From NCBI GenBank assembly GCA_964612665.1, contig CAZTCI010000002.1, positions 432,334-496,333 of the forward strand: a stretch of DNA of 64,000 nucleotides. Direction: 5' to 3'. This DNA is from an uncultured Planctomycetales bacterium (lineage in GTDB: Bacteria; Omnitrophota; Gorgyraeia; Zapsychrales; JAHFFX01). Position numbers and translations under genes: made by a program. Below, piece by piece: positions 51,750 through 60,930 of this stretch. The notes under the pieces are model-generated. The model made no database searches, was not told the origin of the DNA, and saw nothing but the letters and a program-made list of their open reading frames with translations. Each line of letters begins with the position of its first letter. Position 1 is the stretch's first letter.

Positions 51750-52963
51750 TGACCTAAACGTTTTTTAATATAATTTTCCAAGATATCAACAAATTCCTCT
51801 TTAATGCGGTCGCCTTTTAGAATTGTGAGTTCCTGACCGTCGACATAAACGGGCGCGATCGGTTTTTCGGAAGCGCCTGGTAAACTGATGCCGATGTCTG
51901 CGTGACGGCTTTCGCCAGGGCCGTTGACCACACAGCCCATGACCGCGATTTTTAAGCGTTCAACGCCGGGGAATTCCTTTTTCCAAATTGGCATCTTGCG
52001 TTCGATGTGTTGATTAATGTCCTGGGCCAAATATTGAAAATAGTTTGAACTCGTGCGGCCGCAGCCAGGACAACTGGTGACACTTGGTTTAAAATAACGC
52101 AGTCCCATCGATTGTAAAAGATGTTTGCAAACTTCAACTTCTCGCGAACGTTTAACATTGGGTTGAGGTGTGAGTGAAACGCGGATGGTGTCGCCGATTC
52201 CCTGCTGTAATAAAATCGCCAGCGCCGCCGAACTTGCCGAAATCCCTTGAACGTCCCCGCCCGCTTCCGTTAATCCTAAATGCAAAACATAATCACAACG
52301 CTTGGCCAATCGCGTGTAAACCGCCACCATGTCTTGAAGAATCGACATCTTAACACTGACGACAATCCGTTCCTTGGAACAGCCGATTTTTTCAGCCAAT
52401 TGCGCGCTGGTTAAAGCGCTTTGAATCATGGCTTCGTACGTCACTTCTTTAAAATCTTTGGGTTCTTTGAGCTTGGCGTTTTGATCCATCAATGAGGTTA
52501 AAAGTTCTTGGTCAAGCGAACCCCAGTTAACGCCGATGCGGATGGCTTTATTGTTATCGACGGCGATTTTGACGATGCTGGAAAAATTTTCGTCGTGGCG
52601 TTCGCCGCGGCCGACGTTACCGGGATTAATACGGTATTTGTCTAAAGCTTTGGCACAGGCAGGATGTTTTTGTAAAAGCGTATGGCCGTTAAAATGAAAA
52701 TCGCCGATAATCGGCGTGTTGAATCCACGGTCGCGCAGGCGTTTGATTATTTCGGGAACGGCTTGAGCAGCCGCATCGTCATTAACAGTCCAGCGGACGA
52801 GTTCGGAACCGGCGTCGATTAATTCGATTGTTTGAGTGAGCGTGGCGTCGATGTTGGCGGTGGGCGTGTCGGTCATTGATTGAATGACGACCGGGTGGCT
52901 CAAGCCCATTTTGATTGAGCCAACTGTAACGGTTGGGGTAAAACGACGTGTAAAGAGTTCCAT
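51746..52963 (-). CDS. ispG: 4-hydroxy-3-methylbut-2-en-1-yl diphosphate synthase IspG (GcpE)
   Basis: GcpE TIM-barrel and CPGCGR Fe-S motif; start taken at the ATG at 52963 (MELFTRR). Confidence 0.9.
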   Translation of the reverse strand: MELFTRRFTPTVTVGSIKMGLSHPVVIQSMTDTPTANIDATLTQTIELIDAGSELVRWTVNDDAAAQAVPEIIKRLRDRGFNTPIIGDFHFNGHTLLQKHPACAKALDKYRINPGNVGRGERHDENFSSIVKIAVDNNKAIRIGVNWGSLDQELLTSLMDQNAKLKEPKDFKEVTYEAMIQSALTSAQLAEKIGCSKERIVVSVKMSILQDMVAVYTRLAKRCDYVLHLGLTEAGGDVQGISASSAALAILLQQGIGDTIRVSLTPQPNVKRSREVEVCKHLLQSMGLRYFKPSVTSCPGCGRTSSNYFQYLAQDINQHIERKMPIWKKEFPGVERLKIAVMGCVVNGPGESRHADIGISLPGASEKPIAPVYVDGQELTILKGDRIKEEFVDILENYIKKRLGQ

Positions 52964-52982
52964 AGATTTAGACGAAAGAATA

Positions 52983-53057
52983 CGCGGGGCGGCCTGCCGA
53001 CAGAAAATACCAGGCAGGCCGCCCGCGGGACCCATCTACACCTCCGGGGTGTAGATG
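52983..53057. promoter_or_regulatory. Two consecutive GC-rich palindromes in the divergent ispG/ispH control region
   Basis: CGCGGGGCGGCCTGCC...GGCAGGCCGCCCGCGGG (15-bp arms), then CATCTACACCTCCGGGGTGTAGATG (10-bp arms, 53033-53057). Confidence 0.5.
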
Positions 53058-53144
53058 AGTATATTTAGCAAATTATAATTTCACAACAATTTCAAAAATG
53101 TTATAATTACGCGCAATTATAAGGAAATTTCGAGGAGAATTCAA

Positions 53145-54065
53145 ATGGAAATCTATTTAGCGCGCACGCAAGGATTTTGCGCAGGTGTCGCCAGCGCCGT
53201 TGAGATCGTCGAACGGGCCCTGCAAAAATATGGCGCCCCTCTCTATGTTTTTCATGAAATTGTTCATAACACCTTTGTCGTGGCCGATTTTCGAAACCGC
53301 GGCGTCATTTTCGTGGATGATTTAAGTGAAGTGCCGGATAATGAACGCGTAATTTTTAGCGCGCACGGTGTTTCACCCAGTGTCTTGACTGAAGCCAAAC
53401 GCAAAAATCTCAAATTTATCGACGCCACCTGTCCTCTCGTCACCAAAGTCCACCGCGAAGCCATCACCTTTTCTAAAAAAGATTACGAAATCGTTTTAAT
53501 CGGCCACAAAGGCCATCAGGAGTTAATCGGAACCTCCGGTTATGTCGCGCCTCACCTCCTGCATATCGTTGAAGATGAAGCCGACATTGAACAATTGAAC
53601 ATTGATCCTTCCCAAACCGTCGGCTATTTGACGCAAACCACTCTTTCCGTCACTGAAACTCAAGGTTTAATCAAAAAACTTAAAAACCGTTTTCCAAAAC
53701 TAATCGCCCCGCCCCGCGAAGATATTTGCTACGCGACGCAAAACCGGCAGGACGCGGTCAAAGAATTGGCCCAACTCTGCGACATCATTATTATCTGCGG
53801 TTCGCCGAATAGTTCCAACAGCAACCGTCTGCGCGAAACCGGCGAAGAAGAAAATGTCCCGAGCTATATTATAGATTCGGCGGATGAACTTGACATGAAA
53901 CTTTTAAACGGCAAAACCAAAGTCGGTATCAGCTCCGGTGCTTCTGTGCCGCGGCATATTGTTGATGAGTTGGTGAACCGTATTAAAGAATTTTTTCCCG
54001 GAACGATGGTGAACACTTTTCCAGATCCTGAAAAAAATATTCACTTTCAACTTCCGGCGATTTAA
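53145..54065 (+). CDS. ispH: 4-hydroxy-3-methylbut-2-enyl diphosphate reductase IspH (LytB)
   Basis: Three conserved Cys (C12, C96, C195 regions) and LytB-like sequence, 306 aa. Confidence 0.92.
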   Translation: MEIYLARTQGFCAGVASAVEIVERALQKYGAPLYVFHEIVHNTFVVADFRNRGVIFVDDLSEVPDNERVIFSAHGVSPSVLTEAKRKNLKFIDATCPLVTKVHREAITFSKKDYEIVLIGHKGHQELIGTSGYVAPHLLHIVEDEADIEQLNIDPSQTVGYLTQTTLSVTETQGLIKKLKNRFPKLIAPPREDICYATQNRQDAVKELAQLCDIIIICGSPNSSNSNRLRETGEEENVPSYIIDSADELDMKLLNGKTKVGISSGASVPRHIVDELVNRIKEFFPGTMVNTFPDPEKNIHFQLPAI

Positions 54066-54080
54066 TTAGAAAAATTTTCC

Positions 54081-54335
54081 ATGGCCAAATTCATTCTCGA
54101 TAACATCGAATATGATCTCCCCGACGGCACGGCGCTGGCAGAGACTTGCGAAAAAGCCGGCGTTCCTTTTAGCTGTAATTCGGGCGTCTGCGGGACCTGC
54201 CAGATTGAGATCTTGGAAGGTTCGGAAAATCTTTGTGAACTAAACCAGGAAGAAAAAGATTTAGGTATGGATCAAAACCACCGCTTGGGCTGTCAGTGTA
54301 AAATCATTCAGGGGATTGTTAAAGTTAAGTTTTAA
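54081..54335 (+). CDS. [2Fe-2S] ferredoxin (plant/adrenodoxin-like fold), 84 aa
   Basis: C-x4-C-x2-C ... C pattern (CNSGVCGTCQ ... LGCQC). Confidence 0.75.
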   Translation: MAKFILDNIEYDLPDGTALAETCEKAGVPFSCNSGVCGTCQIEILEGSENLCELNQEEKDLGMDQNHRLGCQCKIIQGIVKVKF

Positions 54336-54348
54336 GTTTTAATTTATA

Positions 54349-54452
54349 AAACGCGGATTTACGCGGATTGCGCACAGATCAACGCAGATATGAAAAATAT
54401 TTTTAAACCTATCTGCGACCATCCGTGTGTAATCCGCGTAAATCTGCGTCAA
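54349..54452. repeat. Palindromic intergenic repeat element, copy B (fdx-moaE spacer)
   Basis: AAACGCGGATTTACGCGGATTGCGCACAGATCAACGCAGAT ... inverted copy ATCTGCGACCATCCGTGTGTAATCCGCGTAAATCTGCGTCAA. Confidence 0.8.
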
Positions 54453-54467
54453 TTTTTGTTTTCAATT

Positions 54468-54923
54468 ATGTTTAAACTCTCCTCAACCCCGTTAGAAAAT
54501 CTTCCCTTAAATAAAGGCCTAAGCCATCCAGCCAACGGCGCGATTGTTGGGTTTGAAGGTGTGGTGCGCAATCATCATCAAGGTCAAAAAGTCGTGGCGT
54601 TGGAATATGAGGCTTTTGCAAAATTAGCCGATAAAGAAGCGAAACGGATTTTGATGGAAGCTAAAAAAAAATTCGATGTGACGGCTGTCCAATGTTTTCA
54701 CCGCGTTGGGAAATTAAAAGTCGGTGACATGGCCGTGTGGGTTGGCGCCGGCGCCGCTCACCGCGATGAAGCCTTCAAAGCCTGCCGCTACACCATCGAT
54801 GAAATCAAAAAACGCCTGCCGATTTGGAAGAAAGAATATTATAAAAACGGGGATTCGGGTTGGGTGAATTGTAAATTAAGTGGTTCAAGAAATAAACGCG
54901 AATTATCGCAAATTACACACTAA
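54468..54923 (+). CDS. moaE: Molybdopterin synthase catalytic subunit MoaE
   Basis: VGFEGVVRNHHQG...ALEYEAF...WVGAGAAHR; start at the ATG at 54468; last about 10 codons lie inside repeat copy C. Confidence 0.8.
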   Translation: MFKLSSTPLENLPLNKGLSHPANGAIVGFEGVVRNHHQGQKVVALEYEAFAKLADKEAKRILMEAKKKFDVTAVQCFHRVGKLKVGDMAVWVGAGAAHRDEAFKACRYTIDEIKKRLPIWKKEYYKNGDSGWVNCKLSGSRNKRELSQITH

Positions 54924-54990
54924 TCTCGCGAATTTTACGATTGAACGATTCGCGTTTATTCGTGTGTAATTCGCGATAATTCGCGTTCAA
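54894..54990. repeat. Palindromic intergenic repeat element, copy C (moaE-ATR spacer)
   Basis: AAACGCGAATTATCGCAAATTACACAC ... GTGTGTAATTCGCGATAATTCGCGTTCAA. Confidence 0.8.
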
Positions 54991-55006
54991 ATCTTTTAAT
55001 AATCTT

Positions 55007-55567
55007 ATGAAGAAAATTTCCATCACAACTAAAACCGGCGACAAAGGTTACTCTCACCTTTTCTCGGGCGAACAGGTTTTAAAAAATTCATCACGCCTGG
55101 AGACTTATGGGGATTTGGATGAACTGGTGAGCTTTCTAAGCATTGCCCGACATGCGGTTCAAAATACAAATTTAAAAGAAGATATTCTCTGGATTCAGCA
55201 AACTCTCTTTACCGTCGGAAATGAATTGGCGACAACCCAAGGAAAATTGCACAAGCTTAAAAAACGCATCGATACCAAGACAGTTGAGAAAATGGAAACG
55301 AAACGGCTCGCGCTGGAATCTCAAGTAGAAGTCCCTGACAATTTTGTGATTCCTGGAAATACAATAGCCGCCGCGTATCTCGATTACGCCAGGACAATTT
55401 CCCGTCGGCTGGAACGAAAAGTCGTTGACTTAAACGCCCAAAAAGAAATCGACAATAGCTTTCTATTAATTTGGCTGAACCGTTTGTCTGACTATCTCTA
55501 TTTAATGGCGCGGCTGGAAGAAAAAAAGCCGCTCTTGGTCAATTCACTCGATCAATTGAATTATTGA
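55007..55567 (+). CDS. PduO-type ATP:cob(I)alamin adenosyltransferase
   Basis: ITTKTGDKGYSHLFSGEQV...ETYGDLDELVSFLSIAR matches the Cob_adeno_trans signature. Confidence 0.85.
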   Translation: MKKISITTKTGDKGYSHLFSGEQVLKNSSRLETYGDLDELVSFLSIARHAVQNTNLKEDILWIQQTLFTVGNELATTQGKLHKLKKRIDTKTVEKMETKRLALESQVEVPDNFVIPGNTIAAAYLDYARTISRRLERKVVDLNAQKEIDNSFLLIWLNRLSDYLYLMARLEEKKPLLVNSLDQLNY

Positions 55568-55668
55568 CTTTTGTGAATCCAAAGGAAGAAACAAAAGTCA
55601 ATATTAGGCCTTTTCTCTTGGATGATAAGAATGAAAAATTCTCTTTGGAAAGGAAAAGGCCAATAACT

Positions 55669-56634
55669 ATGCCATCCATTCTTGATGACCTGGATCACCT
55701 TAATTTAACCGTCAAAAATAACGCTGCGTTATCCGACTACACAACCTTCCGCCTCGGCGGACCTTGCCCTTCACTTATTTCCTGCCAAACCGCAGTGCAA
55801 TTAGAAGCGGTTGTTTTGCGATTAATTAAAAGTAAAGAGCCTTTCATTTTAATCGGCAGCGGATCGAATCTGGTTGTTTCGGATGAAGGATTATCGTGTA
55901 CAGTTGTGCGTTACGTCAGCCCGACGCCGTTTGTTCAGAAAGATGGAACGGATTTAATTGTTTCCGGCTCGACGCTGCTGGATGATTTAGCGAAAGTCGC
56001 TTTAGACTTTTCGCTGGAAGGCATTAATTACGCGTCGGGGATTCCAGGCACCATCGGCGGCGCGATTGTCGGGAACGCCGGCGCGTTTGGCAAGCAAGTC
56101 GGTGATTATTTGAAATCGGTTTGTGTCATTACCAAGACAGGGATCAAAAAAGAAGTCGATCTCTCTTATTTGGGATTCAGTTACCGTCATTCGAAACTCA
56201 AAGAAACCGGTGACATTGTTCTGTGGGCGCGGTTTGGATTTAAAGATGGCAATAAAACTGAACTTGCGCGTGAACGCGGAGAAATTCTAAAAATCCGTCA
56301 CGAAAAACATCCCGACCTCGAAACACAGCCCTGCGCCGGAAGTTTTTTCCGTAACGTCGAACCCACCTCCAAAGCCGAACGCCGTCAGGCCACGGGATTT
56401 TTTCTAGAAGAAGCCGGCGGCAAAGATTTACACGTCGGCGGCGCGGTCATTTTTGACAAACACGCCAACATCATCATTAAATCCAACGGCTGTACCGCGC
56501 AAAACGTTCATGATCTTTCTTTAAAAATGGCGGCCCTTGTGAAAGATAAATTTGGAATTGAGTTGGTGCGTGAAGTGAGGTTTGTGGGACAGTTCTTAGG
56601 AAAACCTTACGAAGCTCGAGAGATTATTTGGTAA
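55669..56634 (+). CDS. murB: UDP-N-acetylenolpyruvoylglucosamine reductase MurB
   Basis: FAD-binding TTFRLGGP, GSGSNLVV; start uncertain (ORF opens at 55564, first plausible ATG at 55669). Confidence 0.8.
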   Translation: MPSILDDLDHLNLTVKNNAALSDYTTFRLGGPCPSLISCQTAVQLEAVVLRLIKSKEPFILIGSGSNLVVSDEGLSCTVVRYVSPTPFVQKDGTDLIVSGSTLLDDLAKVALDFSLEGINYASGIPGTIGGAIVGNAGAFGKQVGDYLKSVCVITKTGIKKEVDLSYLGFSYRHSKLKETGDIVLWARFGFKDGNKTELARERGEILKIRHEKHPDLETQPCAGSFFRNVEPTSKAERRQATGFFLEEAGGKDLHVGGAVIFDKHANIIIKSNGCTAQNVHDLSLKMAALVKDKFGIELVREVRFVGQFLGKPYEAREIIW

Positions 56635-56635
56635 G

Positions 56636-57700
56636 TTACCCGCCGATCTGAAACATCTCAATCTTCTTCACCGACTTCCCTTCAATCGAAGAAACCAGCG
56701 CTCGGTTTTCGGAGTAGCGGTCTTGTCTTTGGGTCCAAACTGATTTGATGCGTTCAAGCAACTCTTCATCGCTGGCGCCTTCGCGTAACGGCGTTCGTAA
56801 GTCTGTGCCTGTTCCGGCAAAAAGGCAGGTATATAATTTTCCGTCGGTAGAAATTCTCGCGCGTGAGCAATTGCCGCAAAACGGCTGCGTCACCGACGCA
56901 ATAAAACCGATCTCGCCCGTCCCATCCAAATACTGATAACGCTCAGCGACCTCACCGGTATAATTCGGTTCAACCGGTTTCAGCGGAAAATGTTTGTGAA
57001 TTCTATTTAAGATTTCTTTAGACGGCACAACAAATTTGGATTCCCAGTGATTGCAGTTACCCACGTCCATATATTCGATAAAGCGAACGACGTGTCCGGT
57101 TCCTTTAAAATAACGGATCAAATCAAGCAGCGTGTGGTCGTTGATTCCCTTTTGCACGACGGTATTAATTTTGATTGAACTGAAACCAGCGCGTTCGGCT
57201 TCTTTAATGCCTTTGAGAATTTGAGCAGCCGTGCTGCGCCCGCCGTTCATACGCGCAAAAACTTTTTCATCAAGCGTATCGAGGCTGACCGTTAAACGTT
57301 TTAATCCAGCCGCTTTCAAGGCAACGGCATATTTATGAAGCAGACTGCCGTTCGTTGTCAGGGCTAAATCATCGATCGATGTGATTCTGGAAAGTTGTTC
57401 AATCAATCGCGGAAGATCCGGCCGTAAAAGCGGCTCTCCACCGGTCAATCGTACTTTACTCACGCCGAGATTTACGAAAATTTGGGCCAGACGAAAAATC
57501 TCCGGTAAGGTCAGCCAATCTTTCTTTTCTAAAAATTGATAATGCTGACCTTCGTCTTCAGGCATGCAATAGGTGCAGCGGAAATTACAACGGTCGATGA
57601 CGGAAATGCGTAAATCATGAAGTGGACGATTGAGGCGGTCACGCAATAAATTCTTCCCAATATTATTTTCAGTCTTTGCGTTGGTTAAAAGAAATTTCAT
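56636..57700 (-). CDS. moaA: GTP 3',8-cyclase MoaA (radical SAM)
   Basis: CNFRCTYC radical-SAM cluster, C-terminal CGNC second cluster, 354 aa. Confidence 0.9.
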   Translation of the reverse strand: MKFLLTNAKTENNIGKNLLRDRLNRPLHDLRISVIDRCNFRCTYCMPEDEGQHYQFLEKKDWLTLPEIFRLAQIFVNLGVSKVRLTGGEPLLRPDLPRLIEQLSRITSIDDLALTTNGSLLHKYAVALKAAGLKRLTVSLDTLDEKVFARMNGGRSTAAQILKGIKEAERAGFSSIKINTVVQKGINDHTLLDLIRYFKGTGHVVRFIEYMDVGNCNHWESKFVVPSKEILNRIHKHFPLKPVEPNYTGEVAERYQYLDGTGEIGFIASVTQPFCGNCSRARISTDGKLYTCLFAGTGTDLRTPLREGASDEELLERIKSVWTQRQDRYSENRALVSSIEGKSVKKIEMFQIGG

Positions 57701-57822
57701 AGTTCACAGATGTTACTCTTTCAACGAAGTTGCGGGTCCTGCCGCTTCGTTACGTGAATGGGCCCCTCCGCCTGGTGTAGATCCTCCCATTCACTTCACT
57801 GCGCGTCACCAGCAACCGACGA
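57701..57822 (-). promoter_or_regulatory. Structured sufU-moaA intergenic leader (two hairpins immediately upstream of the moaA RBS); possible Moco-responsive element
   Basis: On the minus strand: GUGAAUGGG-22 nt-CCCAUUCAC, then AACGAAGCGG-CAGGAC-CCGCAACUUCGUU, ending 22 nt before the ATG. Confidence 0.2.
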
Positions 57823-58299
57823 TTACAATTTATTTTCTTCACCCTCGGTCGACACGGTCTTCACTTTATGCAACGCGCCATTCATCGCGTGCCAGGCGAG
57901 ACTCGCGCACTTAACGCGCGCCGGATATTGCCACACACCGGAAAAAATACTCAATTTTCCTAAGACATTCGCATCTTTGTCTGGTTTTAATTCGCCGATC
58001 ACAAGTTTATGAAATTGAGTGAAAACTTTCTCAGCTTCAACAACGCTTTTACCTTTTAAACTTGTTGTCATCATCGACGCTGAAGCTTTTGAAATCGCGC
58101 AGCCTGAACCTTCGAACGAAATATCTTCAATGACTTTTTGCGCGTTGACTTTTAAATAAACCAAAAGATGATCCCCGCACAACGGATTATAACCTTCGGC
58201 GAAATGAGTTGCATTTTCAATTTTGTGAAAATTCCGCGGCTTTTTATTGTGCTCCAAAATCATTTCCTGATAAAGCTCGTTACGGGCATCCAGGTTCAT
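57823..58299 (-). CDS. sufU: SufU/IscU-like Fe-S cluster assembly sulfur-transfer protein
   Basis: NPLCGD, GSGCAIS, RVKCASLAW motifs. Confidence 0.85.
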   Translation of the reverse strand: MNLDARNELYQEMILEHNKKPRNFHKIENATHFAEGYNPLCGDHLLVYLKVNAQKVIEDISFEGSGCAISKASASMMTTSLKGKSVVEAEKVFTQFHKLVIGELKPDKDANVLGKLSIFSGVWQYPARVKCASLAWHAMNGALHKVKTVSTEGEENKL

Positions 58300-59534
58300 T
58301 TAAAAACACCCTTTGCTTTGTTGACGGCGGCAACCAGCTTATCAAGTTCTTCTTTTGTATTATAAAAAGCCAGCGACGCCCGCGCGGTCGCCGGGACATT
58401 AAACCGTTTCATTAAAGGCATCGTGCAATGATGACCAGTGCGGATGGCAACACCTTCTTGATCGACGAGCGTTCCTAAATCATGCGGATGAATGTTAGGA
58501 AGCACAAACGCCAGCACAGCGGCTTTTTCTTTAGCGGTTCCAATCATTCGTAGGTCTTTGATTGATCCTAACGCGCTCGTCCCATACGCCAATAAATCTT
58601 TCTCATATTTTTGAATTTGATCAAAACCAATCGACCGCACATAATCAAGCGCCGCGCCCAGTCCAATCGCTTCCGCAATCGGCGGAGTCCCGGCTTCAAA
58701 TTTATAAGGCAAAACATTGTACATTGTTTTTTCAAACGTCACGTAAGCGATCATATCGCCGCCACCTTGCGCCGGCGGCATTTGATCCAAAAGCTCATGC
58801 CTGCCATACAAAACGCCAATTCCCGTCGGGCCATAAAGCTTGTGGCCAGAGAACGCCAGAAAATCACAGTCCAATTGCTGAACCTTGACCGGCAGGTGAT
58901 TCACCGCCTGAGCGGCATCAACTAAAACCGGAATTTTCTGACGGCGCGCGGCTTTAATAATCTTTTTAACCGGATTAACTGTTCCCAACGAATTTGAAAT
59001 GTAAACAAGCGAAATAAATTTTGTTTTAGGACTTAAAAGTTTTTCAAACTCTTGATAAATCAATTCACCGTTATCATTGATCGGCACGGTCTTAAGAATA
59101 CAACCCTTCTCTTCACAAAGCATTTGCCAGGGCACGATATTGGAATGATGTTCCATCTGGGAAATAATGATCTCATCGCCTTTTTTTAAAAAAGTCCGGC
59201 CATAACTTTGAGCGACGATATTAATGGCATCGGTTGTGCCGCGGGTGAAAATAATTTCGGAAGCTCTACGCGCACCGATAAAGTCGCGCACATTCTCGCG
59301 CGCGCCTTCATATAACTTGGTCGCGGCTTCACTTAAATAATGGACGCCGCGGTGAACGTTCGAGCAGGTTTGGGTGTAATAATTATCGAGAGCCTTGATG
59401 ACTGGAAGCGGTTTTAAAGTCGTGGCGGCATTGTCGAGATAAACTAAGGACTTGCCATGGACTTTAACACTGAGGTTGGGAAAGTCCCGGCGGATTTTAT
59501 TGACGTCAAAAGAGTTCTTTGAAGCATGTTTCAT
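58296..59534 (-). CDS. sufS: Cysteine desulfurase SufS
   Basis: Class-II aminotransferase; PLP Lys in SGHKLYGPTG; RTGHHC active-site loop. Confidence 0.9.
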   Translation of the reverse strand: MKHASKNSFDVNKIRRDFPNLSVKVHGKSLVYLDNAATTLKPLPVIKALDNYYTQTCSNVHRGVHYLSEAATKLYEGARENVRDFIGARRASEIIFTRGTTDAINIVAQSYGRTFLKKGDEIIISQMEHHSNIVPWQMLCEEKGCILKTVPINDNGELIYQEFEKLLSPKTKFISLVYISNSLGTVNPVKKIIKAARRQKIPVLVDAAQAVNHLPVKVQQLDCDFLAFSGHKLYGPTGIGVLYGRHELLDQMPPAQGGGDMIAYVTFEKTMYNVLPYKFEAGTPPIAEAIGLGAALDYVRSIGFDQIQKYEKDLLAYGTSALGSIKDLRMIGTAKEKAAVLAFVLPNIHPHDLGTLVDQEGVAIRTGHHCTMPLMKRFNVPATARASLAFYNTKEELDKLVAAVNKAKGVFK

Positions 59535-60835
59535 TTATACTCCGTAAAGCTTGTTCCTAAAAGTTTATTAATTTTTGCAACGATAGACGCATGTTCAATC
59601 CGGTTTAAAATGTCGTCGACAAATCCGCGCGCGAGCATTTTGACGGCGATGTCCCGGGGAATACAACGCGTTTCCAAATAAAAAATTTCATCTTCGTTAA
59701 GCTGGCCAATCGTGGCGCCATGGGTGCATTTGACGTCGTCGGCAAAAATTTCGAGCTGCGGTTTGGTGTCGGCGCGGCAATTCGAACCTAACAGTAAATT
59801 TTTATTAAGCTGATAAGAATTGGTTTGCTGCGCTTCACGGCTGACTAAAATCTTTCCATTAAAAACCGCACGCGAGGCGCCGTTTAGGATTCCTTTATAA
59901 AGCTGGTTACTCGTGCAATTCGGCGGGCGATGTTCGACACAAGTGTGATTATCCACGTGCTGATTGTCCGCGACGGCGTAAAGCCCGTTTAAAATCGAAT
60001 TGGCTCCGGAACCATTTAAAACAATATTTAAATTATTACGAGTGAGCATCCCGCCTTTTGTCATCGAAAATGAATTAAGCTGGCTGTCGCGTTCTTGCCA
60101 AATCCGCGTCGTGCCAATATGAAATGATTGAAGACTCTCGCCCTGTGCCTTGCAGTATAAAAGATTTGCATTTTCCGCGAGATGAACATCCGTCAAACAA
60201 TCGGCAAAATAAACAGCTTGGCCAAATGAAATATGACTTTCCAAAATGTGCGCCTGCGCCGATTCTCCGAGGAGAATAACCGTCCGTGGCGCAGTAACAA
60301 TTTGTTCATTCGTACTGGTGACATGAACAATATGTATCAAGGGAGCGATGTTCACTTTGGCTTCAACTTTCACAAAAGCGCCATCACTGATAAGCGCTTT
60401 GTTAAGCGCGACAAACGCGTCTTCGGTGCTGTATTTTTGAGATAATGCGGCGATTTCTTTTTCAAATGAAACAGCGGCTTCACTTAGATTAAGAACCGTA
60501 ACACCTTTGGGAAGGGTTTTGATTTGAGAAAACTCGGCGTTAAAAACACCATTTACAAAAACAAGATTAATTTCTTTGGGGTCGCAATAATCTTTGAGCG
60601 CGTCTTTTTCTAAAATCTTTTGTTCTGTTGAAATAACAAATCGAGAGTTGGCGATCGGCTTGACATTCGTGTATTTCCATTCTTCATCTTCCAGCGTCGG
60701 GAAACCCAGCTCACGGAAACGGTTTAATCCAGCATTACGCCAATCAGCAAAGAGCGCGGATTTATTTTTATTCTTTTTTTCAAATGTTTCCCAACCTTCA
60801 ATCAAGGTTGATAATGGATCTGACTTCACAATCAT
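59531..60835 (-). CDS. sufD: Fe-S cluster assembly protein SufD
   Basis: SufBD beta-helix domain; start at the ATG at 60835 (MIVKSDPL), leaving repeat copy D in the sufC-sufD spacer. Confidence 0.8.
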   Translation of the reverse strand: MIVKSDPLSTLIEGWETFEKKNKNKSALFADWRNAGLNRFRELGFPTLEDEEWKYTNVKPIANSRFVISTEQKILEKDALKDYCDPKEINLVFVNGVFNAEFSQIKTLPKGVTVLNLSEAAVSFEKEIAALSQKYSTEDAFVALNKALISDGAFVKVEAKVNIAPLIHIVHVTSTNEQIVTAPRTVILLGESAQAHILESHISFGQAVYFADCLTDVHLAENANLLYCKAQGESLQSFHIGTTRIWQERDSQLNSFSMTKGGMLTRNNLNIVLNGSGANSILNGLYAVADNQHVDNHTCVEHRPPNCTSNQLYKGILNGASRAVFNGKILVSREAQQTNSYQLNKNLLLGSNCRADTKPQLEIFADDVKCTHGATIGQLNEDEIFYLETRCIPRDIAVKMLARGFVDDILNRIEHASIVAKINKLLGTSFTEYK

Positions 60836-60860
60836 AGTTTTTCCTTTAAGAAAAATAGGC

Positions 60861-60930
60861 AACGCGGATTGCACACGGATTTACGCAGATGTATTGAATC
60901 TGCGATCATCTGTGTGTAATCCGCGTTAAA
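60861..60930. repeat. Palindromic intergenic repeat element, copy D (sufC-sufD spacer)
   Basis: AACGCGGATTGCACACGGATTTACGCAGAT-GTATTGA-ATCTGCGATCATCTGTGTGTAATCCGCGTTAAA. Confidence 0.8.

Noticed and set aside
54390-54467. N-terminal 26 aa of the moaE ORF as annotated by the ORF track
   Set aside because: These codons are translated from palindromic repeat copy B. A conserved MoaE N-terminus begins at the internal ATG at 54468.
54349-60930. Possible CRISPR array suggested by recurring ACGCGGATT/ACACAC repeats
   Set aside because: Copies are inverted pairs, not regularly spaced direct repeats. They are dispersed over 40 kb within operons and there are no cas genes, so this is a REP/MITE-like family rather than CRISPR.
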